Shown here: positions 56,052 to 64,000 of the stretch, one piece after another | Position numbering within the stretch: the stretch's first letter is position 1 | Layout of the letters: each line of letters begins with the position of its first letter | NCBI GenBank assembly: GCA_977030845.1 | Contig: OZ365110.1 | Location: forward strand, 20,646,001 to 20,710,000 | Reading direction: 5' to 3' | Source of the DNA: Fimbriosthenelais zetlandica | Lineage: Eukaryota | DNA length: 64,000 bases | Notes under the pieces: model-generated | Database searches by the model: none | What the model saw: only the letters and a program-made list of their open reading frames with translations | Told to the model about the DNA's origin: nothing | Made by a program: the position numbers and the translations under genes

Positions 56052-59000
56052 CTGTTTCAAATATAGTACGCCATTAAAATGTGTATAGATGAAGCTATCA
56101 ACATTTAAAAGGCCAGATATCAATGAGTTATGGATTAAACAGTTTATTTTTGACAAAAAGTGTGATGGGGAGGCAAGTATGAAAAACGAAATGACATTTT
56201 GAGACGCACATGAATACACATTTAAAATTGCACATCAATATTATTTTCCCAGTGAAAGTTCAAAAAACACATTACTTCAAAGTATGACCCTTCATGGGAA
56301 CATAACTGGATCACCCTAAGCTAAGGAGGACACTTATAATCTGAAGCCAGCGAACGGAAACTTCTCCTGATATTTTTTTGGGCAGCCATACCTTCTCCTG
56401 TATGAACAAAACTTCATTTATTGCTTTCATTGCGACCAAAATATTTAAGAGATTAAATTATTTTTAAGAGAAGTTTCTACAAGTAAAACTGAGTGAAGTA
56501 ATGGAGGATCGTTAAAGTGACCTTAAATTCTAAGTAGGTCTTTTCTCTGGGAGATGTGGGCCTATAGGGGGAATTACCTCCACAAGTGAAGCCACGTGGA
56601 AGTAAAGTCAAGGAATTAAGTTTTGGTTGCGATAGCTTTTCAGTCCTGCCTTTAATCACAGGAATATGATTGAAAATACATCAGAGACCATTTTGCTCTG
56701 TAAAAGTCAGCAAAAAAGTAATTATTGCGATCCAAATGGCCTCCCAACTGACCAATAGTAGTGACCTGTAGGCCTGGTCAAGATATCCCATGGGAGGACC
56801 TTTCGTTTACTTATTATAGTCGCTAGGGCGAGTAAAGCCCACCGCTGAGCGGTCTATGATTTCATCACGACCATCTAACTAGGTTCATACTTTCATCTCG
56901 AGCGTCTTGGACGTAACGTCTAGATTTCCCAACGGTCGGTGTAATTTCTTGGATCTCCCTTCAGGGCCTCGCTATAGCTAGGCGGTCGGAGTGAAGACGT
57001 ACTACCAATCAGGGGCTCCCGCTCCCCAGGGCCAGTCCTACAACAGAGCTGGAGCACATTAGCATAGGCCACCATTATTCTTCGGCCTTTCAGGTGTCAC
57101 GCTACTGATTTGTTGTGACAGAGATACCTCTGTCGCTGAGAGCACCACTTTAATTAGACGGAGGCTGGGTTTTGCCAGTTAAGACTGTAGTGACCCCTGA
57201 GCGGTAAAGGTAACCATGTTAGTCGGAGGCTTATCAGTGTTAATTTACCCAGCGACATGGCCAGATCGCGAGGAGGAAGGAGGGGAGGGTGGGATCTTAG
57301 AAGTGACAACAACAGAATGGCTTTTATCTCGTGTCCAAGTGAAGGCCGAGTACAAGATTAAGTCGCTTAGACTCTGTCACGACTGGCTTTCTTATTTCCT
57401 ACTCTTACAAAGATCAATACGAAAGGTTGTCCATAAATTAGTGCATGGAAACCAGCGATTATCTACATTTACTTAGCTATATTATAATACATTATGTTTA
57501 ACTAATGGATGTTTATTGGCTTAAATTAAATTTCAAACATCTTCCCTTAAAGTCTGCAAAACATGGTCAGGTAACATTCCCACCAACCACCTGCAGCTCA
57601 ACAGGCAAAAGAGCAGTCCACGAAGTGGCATAGGGAGTGCAATATTATCTATTTGATATTTATGTATGGCAAGTACAAAGACTGGAATCCCTGTCAAGGG
57701 AAGGGGTAGCAATAGGGAAGCTAACATTGCCAGCGAGGAGTGCCTTGAAGCTTCAGATAGAGTGGGCCCTAGGGAATGGGGCTAAATTGCCAGCCCTGCA
57801 GCCAACAGGCTGTAGGCCCGTCCCCCTACCGCCAGGTAATGTCCCTAGGCAACTTGTTTCATTCTTAAGACGCCACCAGCTCCTGCTGAGTTGCTCAGTG
57901 GTGGCTTGGTGAGCTGCTCCCCCGTAGGGCCACAGAGACAGGGCCTTCTCCCCCTTCTCCTCCTCTTACCACCTGCCACCACTAGTACACACCCCATTTC
58001 AGGCCACCACCACCACCACCCACTACCCTGTGCCTGCCTCCAACCCAGCCAATGGCCTTAATCGCATCAGATTTAATGCAATTTCCCGCCAAATGGAGAT
58101 CAAGCGGTGGTAGGGTGTCATGGATGATCTTGGGTTATTGTGATCATTTTGACACCGGATCAGAGGCGCTCATCTGCGCCAAGACGAAGAAAGGCGAGCT
58201 AATTAAGTCAGTAAAGTTTCCAAGGATCCAGATGGGCAAGCTACTCGTTTTCACGGTGCAAGACCCTGCCAAATGGAAACCGACAGACTCTCCTATTGAA
58301 GGAGACCAATGCAACTCCGTTGACTGGTAACTTCCAGTCTATCAATGAATAATAAATTAAATTATGCTTCAATTAATTAGTCTACATTTTGAATAAATTT
58401 GTCTACAATTTCCTTTTCGTGCATTTTGCAGCCCAGTTAATTCACGTATGATTTCCACATACATGTACTTAGTTGCACATTGCATCCTTAATATTATGGC
58501 GATCATCTATTTTTCCAACCATGATAAGAATCGCGTATGGGAGGATAAAAAGTGAAATAAAAGCACATACATACAATATGGAATGATGACGGATGTTTTG
58601 CTGCCTACAACCATTTATTGGTAAAAACGCAGAAACAAGTAAGCAAACCAAATCCAAACAGTAAAGGAAGCCAATGGCAAGAGAGTTTTGTCATAGGCAG
58701 GAATGGGAAACAAGGTGATATATCCAAACACATGACATTATATGCCACTCATTATGGACACTGGTCTGCCGCTGAGAGATCAATATGAGCAGTATATATA
58801 TACGACTGACCATCAACAAGGCAGTGTATAGCTTCACCATGCAATGCCTACCAAAGGCACAAACCACTCTTCCTGATCGGCTTTTGATAGCAACACGTCT
58901 GGGTGTTCTCTTTTTATACATTCCTCTCGGCTTGGTCCTGACAAACGAGAATAAAATGAAATTATGATATTAGAGAGGAAAGCTCCGTGAACGGGGACAT

Positions 59001-59749
59001 ATTTGGCTCCGGGCTTTTGTGATGTGGCCATAAATTTAAGATGGGATCGCACGATTGAAGATTAGCCTTGAGATTTCTTATATCCCACGGTCATTCTCAT
59101 AGGTAATCTAAGGCCCTCAAGCACTTCCAATTGCCTTTTCGAGCCATCCCTTCTACCTACATAGCTGGAAAGTGATTTAACAGGTGGATGGGCCCAGACA
59201 TACGGCTTCTTACATTTTGATGCACCTTCTGAATAAGCCAAAAAAAATAGGTCAATGTAGTGGCCCTTTCAAAAGGATTGCTCTTTTTCTGTTTTTTTCT
59301 GGCTACACAGTCATGTACATTTTAAGCATTGCTAGGGCCTGATGTTAAAAAATAGTAGCTAGCATTTAACTTCTAATTGAAATGAGGTTTGAAACCCAGC
59401 AATTGCTAGGTTGGTTCTATGCCTGCAGGCATCTTGCTTTCAGCCTATAGCATCATATTGCTAAAGCGCACAGGCTCCAAATGCCCTCTCCAGCCGTTCA
59501 CAACTGTCAAGCCAGAGCCGTGCTCACAATGAATGTTTAATGACAGTGTCCAGCCATATGCTGCTGGGGCATGCTTGCCAAGGGCCAAGCCAAGCAGCTT
59601 GGTCGGCGTATTTAGATTGTATTAGATGGCTCGCCCCATCCTTTTTTAGCCGGGATCGAATTCTCTGACACCAAGTTGTCACTGGCCATGAACTTGGTTT
59701 GTGGTGTCTGTGGGGGTTTTGTGTTGAATGACATGTTTCCTATCAAAAG

Positions 59750-60600
59750 CTTCCCATGCAAGGAGCCATTAAGCCAGCCCTACGGCGACCTTCAAAGCCT
59801 CCTGAGGCAGCTTTCGATAGAGGAGCAGGAATCTGCCTTTTTTGAACCATTTGCTATAGTATATGGGTGGCTCGACTCGCATGGAATGCCCACAAGAGCT
59901 ACAAGGCATTGTCTCCCGCTTTCAGACCTGCTAACCCAATCTCTGTGTGGTTGAAGGCAGAAAATTGAGATTTCAGAGTCACCATCTATATTGATCAGCC
60001 CAGATCCCATAGCATTGAGATATTCTTTCCAGGGTTCAGACACATGTCAAGGGGTGATCTGCTTAATGTCATTGCTTGGCACGGATGCTTGGCTACGACG
60101 GTAAAAAAACACCACAAGCTTTTTGTTTCACTGAATGCCCGGCACCAACCGGAGTCTCCTGAGCGGCTCGGGCCCCTGACCGCCACCGTAAGCGTTTGCT
60201 CATCCCCCTCCCGATCAATGACATTGATAGTGCATTGACCTTAATATTAAGCAATTTCCCCATGCCCACAAAGCGACTAATTATGAAAACACCAGCAGGC
60301 CACACGGACTCTGACCCTGGACGCTGGACTCAATGGGTCCAGCATTGTCAAGAGCTGCTCATGTTTTGGACTATAGTTGAATATGTTTGCACTTACCCAT
60401 CGCCCAATAAAAGACCCGTGGAAATGTGTTCCGACCCCGGATTTTGTCATATGTACATGTTCGGTTAGGAAGCAGGCTGTTGCTATTTGCAAGTAAAATC
60501 ACTTCAGGTATAATGTTGAGAAGGGTTTTAGATACTGGGAAAGCACCTCCCATGAGTCCAGGTTGTCTTAATTCTTTATATATAGTGGCCACATGTGGAC
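59750..60600 (-). mobile_element. decayed hAT-superfamily transposase C-terminal region including the dimerisation domain
   Basis: Ordered motifs: WEVLSQYLKPF (cf. W..L...L.PF), LLTMLDP (cf. AT.LDPR), KEYLN...IDGD, DNAL*LLW (cf. DPL.WW), QIPAP (cf. L.IPATS); frameshifts and stops. Confidence 0.5.
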
Positions 60601-61954
60601 ACTTAGTGGCCATTTAGGCCTCATTTTATGGGCAGCTTTAGATGTCCTTAATTAACTTAAATGGATCATGGATGTTTAATTCATAGACCTCATGGGGTAT
60701 TGTACCGTGGGTTTCAAAAATCACATCGAAGGCTAAGATGTCTAAATCAGTGTATTCAAAAGATGCAGAGGAGAGGGGTAGAGAAGTAGATAAAAGGTCA
60801 ATGTGGTAGAGAAATCAATTGTCTTATCGTGTTGCGGCAAATGAATATAAAACTTAAAACGGAGCCTCGTAGAGCTCTTTGATATCCACCAATTGGATGG
60901 AAAACAATACATTTATAGATAATAATATATCTTCCACTCGAAACCACCGGATTGTTTATCACTGTGACAACAGGTTGGAATTCTCGGTTGTTTTATCAAT
61001 CGTTTTATCAAGATTTTCTTTACAACAGGCTCGTTTTACAAACTCAACAAGAGAATAAATACCACGTCCTATTAATAGGTTCCGTTTCCACAAAGCATGC
61101 TTCAGAAATGCAACAGTGGTTGTATTAGAATGGCTTCCGGTATCAGGAGGCTAATTTTATCATTGTATCATCAGACTTGTTACTGACTGTTTAATTCTTT
61201 TCAGATCTGCACCAGTCTGACCCCCCAGAGAGTCAGATTCTAGGATTAACATGGGGGACTGCTTCCAGCCCCGCTCTCATATTGATAAAATCGTTTTTTA
61301 AGATGCCCCGAGTGAGTGCAATCAAAATGGCTCACTTCCACCATGGCTACCAGTTTTTGTAACTCTGCCTGGTTGAAAGGGGGTTTCAATCATTAAAATG
61401 CTGAACAAATTTGTTTGTGTCAATTTTCTACTCAGATCAGCCAGTGCCTGAGGATGCGTTTCGTTTTATCACGTGTTGCCTATCTCTCTAGTAATCTAAA
61501 CTGGTAGGGTTGTATTCATATATATTCATTACAGATAATACACCATCAGAATATGCATGGGTTTTCATGCTTTAATGCAGGCTTGATTTATTGGAATCAT
61601 GTATGAGACATCATCAGAACTATCAATAATTCACATATACTGTTCACAAATAATAAGGACAAATGAAAATTATATAAGCATGACATGAGTATGGGGTTTC
61701 TTCAGGCAAGGGCCTCAATGATATGAGAATAAAAAGGGGTGGGATTCCATTTCTATCCATATGAATAACACATTGGTATAACGCTTGCTCTAAATGTATC
61801 TATTCCAAAGGGATTTCTCTTCCACCGGTGCACGTAAAATCGTGTAATTCCAGGCAAAATGAGATCTTTCCGCGATAAAGACAAAAAGCAGAAAATATCC
61901 ACGAGGCCTGTGTTGGAATAATCTCCCTAATCAATAGCAAGGGAAGGGATGGTA

Positions 61955-62020
61955 GGAATGCATGGAGGCTTTTCATTGGTGGGGGGAATGCATGGAGGCT
62001 TTTCATTGGTAGAGGGGAAT
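61955..62020 (+). repeat. tandem duplication, period 30
   Basis: GGAATGCATGGAGGCTTTTCATTGGT at 61955 and 61985, plus a partial third start. Confidence 0.9.
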
Positions 62021-63374
62021 CGGCAGCAGACCTAGGCAGGGCAGGTTGGCCCTTGGATCCTCCCTCGTTGACTTAAACGGATCATCCTGGAGGATTATTG
62101 TCATCGCGCGATTACCCACGATACTCACGCGCGATTAATATTGTTGATGTGATAGTGCTGTAACTTGCACCACACACCAGCAACAAGGGCGACTAACATC
62201 CTTAAATACATTTTCATATTCACCCCAGGAGGAAATGCCATGATAGCTTGCTATCAATCTTAAGGGAACAAAACCCACGATGACTTGGCACATTGAGCGG
62301 ATGCATTATGTATTAGAGCTCCATTTGCCTTCTTCGCTATGATAAATGACTTTATGATTTGGATTATTAATTCATTCAGCCCAAAAGGAATGGGAGTCGG
62401 TCCCAACAACACAGACACACACAAGAATTTTACTAGCAATCTTTCCAAACGCAGTCAAGTTAGAGCCGCAATCTCTAGAGTGCAGCGCTCCTTACAAGGT
62501 GGAATAATGCATTGGTAGCAGCAGTGGCACTTCTCTATAATAACTTTTGCATTTAGGGCTTGGAGCTGATAATAAAATAATGCTGTTACTCTAATCATAC
62601 AAGACAATAATCCCTTCAGTGTTACAAACGTTTCTTGCAAGAAATGGCGGAAAAACAGAAGTGATTACGGTCGCGATCAATGCAAATTTTGGAAAATTTC
62701 AAATTCACAAAATTTCACAATCTGAATTCTCAAACAGGGAAAATCATTCAATCATTACTTTATCATGCTATGAAATGTCACACATCACACTTAAGAACGC
62801 AACAATTCATCTTTGTTCATGTTCATAAAGTGGCCTAGTTTCAGGCCATTTTCTAAAACTCATGTTTGAATTATTAAGAAGCAATCAGAATTAATTCCAA
62901 TTTTCAGAGCAGCAAAGTAAAGAAGCCCTGTTCATTTCTGTATGACTAACTGCACAGTAGCCTTTCTCAGTGTTGAAGAAAGGTGGACAAAGAGAGAAAA
63001 AGAATCCTGTGAGAAGTGTAGCATTAGCCCCTTATTAACCTGTTTCTGACCGTAATGACCTTCCTGGTCAGTCTAAAGGGTGTGGTGACCTTACGGTGGC
63101 ACACGAGTGGCGGGGATCTAGAACCATTATCTGCAATAACTATAGTCTCCTGGCCACAACTCACACACCCTGACGCACCCAACCACCCACATCACACACC
63201 CACACTTTATACACAGCCCAGTCTGTAGCCAAGCCCACATTAATCATCGGCTACTCTGACCTGTCTAGGTTAAATGTGATAGAAAAGATAGGCTGACATG
63301 GTTATGTCATTAGCAACCATTAGGAATGACTGAGAAACACAATGCTTTGACTGTTACTATATTGATTATCACGA

Positions 63375-63600
63375 GTTGCTGGGCATGTCACTAAGCATAT
63401 GCAGCTCTTCTGAAAGGATAATATTCCCTGCTTGCTGCTTATATTGAAGCTTTTCTTGACACCTTCCTCAAAGCCTTTGTACTCAAAATCCAAGCGCTCA
63501 GAAAATGACTGATCGATGAGTGTTTTTCCATTCTAATCCTTCCGGTTTACTTGTAAAAACCGGATCACTTATACAAAATGGCTGCAAAGCCCTTCTTTAT
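63375..63600 (+). mobile_element. decayed LINE (CR1/L2-like) RT fragment
   Basis: GHVTKHMQL (cf. GHST.HA..L) followed by AFLD-TF-LKAFV...LRK*L (cf. FLDL.KAFD.V..LL.KL). Confidence 0.35.
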
Positions 63601-64000
63601 GAGCTCTTTCAAGGCGGTTATTGATAAGTTACAAATACATACTTTATTTAAATGCCTTTGAATGTAACTAATGCAAAATATGTGCTTTATATTTTTGTTC
63701 GCAAACACAAGCAAGGTGTTTACGAACGTGTACAGACTTTGATATACACAACTTAGATCATAGTGTCTCCACGACCCGGATATACCTTATTTACAACATA
63801 CAGAATACATGATCCATCCCACCGAAATTTCTTCCCATATCAATTCCTTCGGGAACCTGTTTGTACAGAAATATTACCAATTACACTCTATTGCTCTTCA
63901 TTAAGGAAACCAGCCACATTTCACCTGAGGTGAATTCAAGATTTATTGCCAATTTGAAGCCAACAAATTATGTTTGGTGATCACTTATTAGATAGAGATA

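Noticed and set aside
58052-58330. 92-aa + strand ORF, possible LINE relic
   Set aside because: No recognisable motif series and no splice context.
59300-60600. MULE transposase interpretation (HN-x-L motif)
   Set aside because: hAT motifs (L.PF, LDP, DPL.WW-like, IPA) explain the region better and in the right order.

Overview
Eukaryotic (invertebrate bilaterian-type) genomic DNA with long introns; no prokaryotic systems or CRISPR arrays. Two confident loci. (1) A mir-184 microRNA hairpin on the + strand (mature TGGACGGAGAACTGATAAGGGC at 5120-5141, star arm about 5082-5103), apparently inside a spliced, probably non-coding + strand transcript (candidate exons 2594-2680, 3477-3957, 5333-about 5430). 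(2) The 3' 14 coding exons of a minus-strand WD40-repeat gene resembling WDR49/CFAP337 (56051 down to stop at 22972). These exons splice in frame by hand to 600 aa plus stop; the 5' exons probably lie beyond the right edge. The rest is intergenic or intronic sequence with decayed LINE (RTE/CR1-like), hAT and Harbinger/ISL2EU-like relics, simple repeats and many promoter/enhancer-like motif clusters (RFX X-boxes, CTCF-like, ETS-CRE, CCAAT, homeodomain-dense blocks). Family assignments come from recalled motifs, not database searches. Most ORF-track entries are spurious. I found no evidence of a wholly new system; the best leads are the mir-184 host transcript and the regulatory architecture around it.
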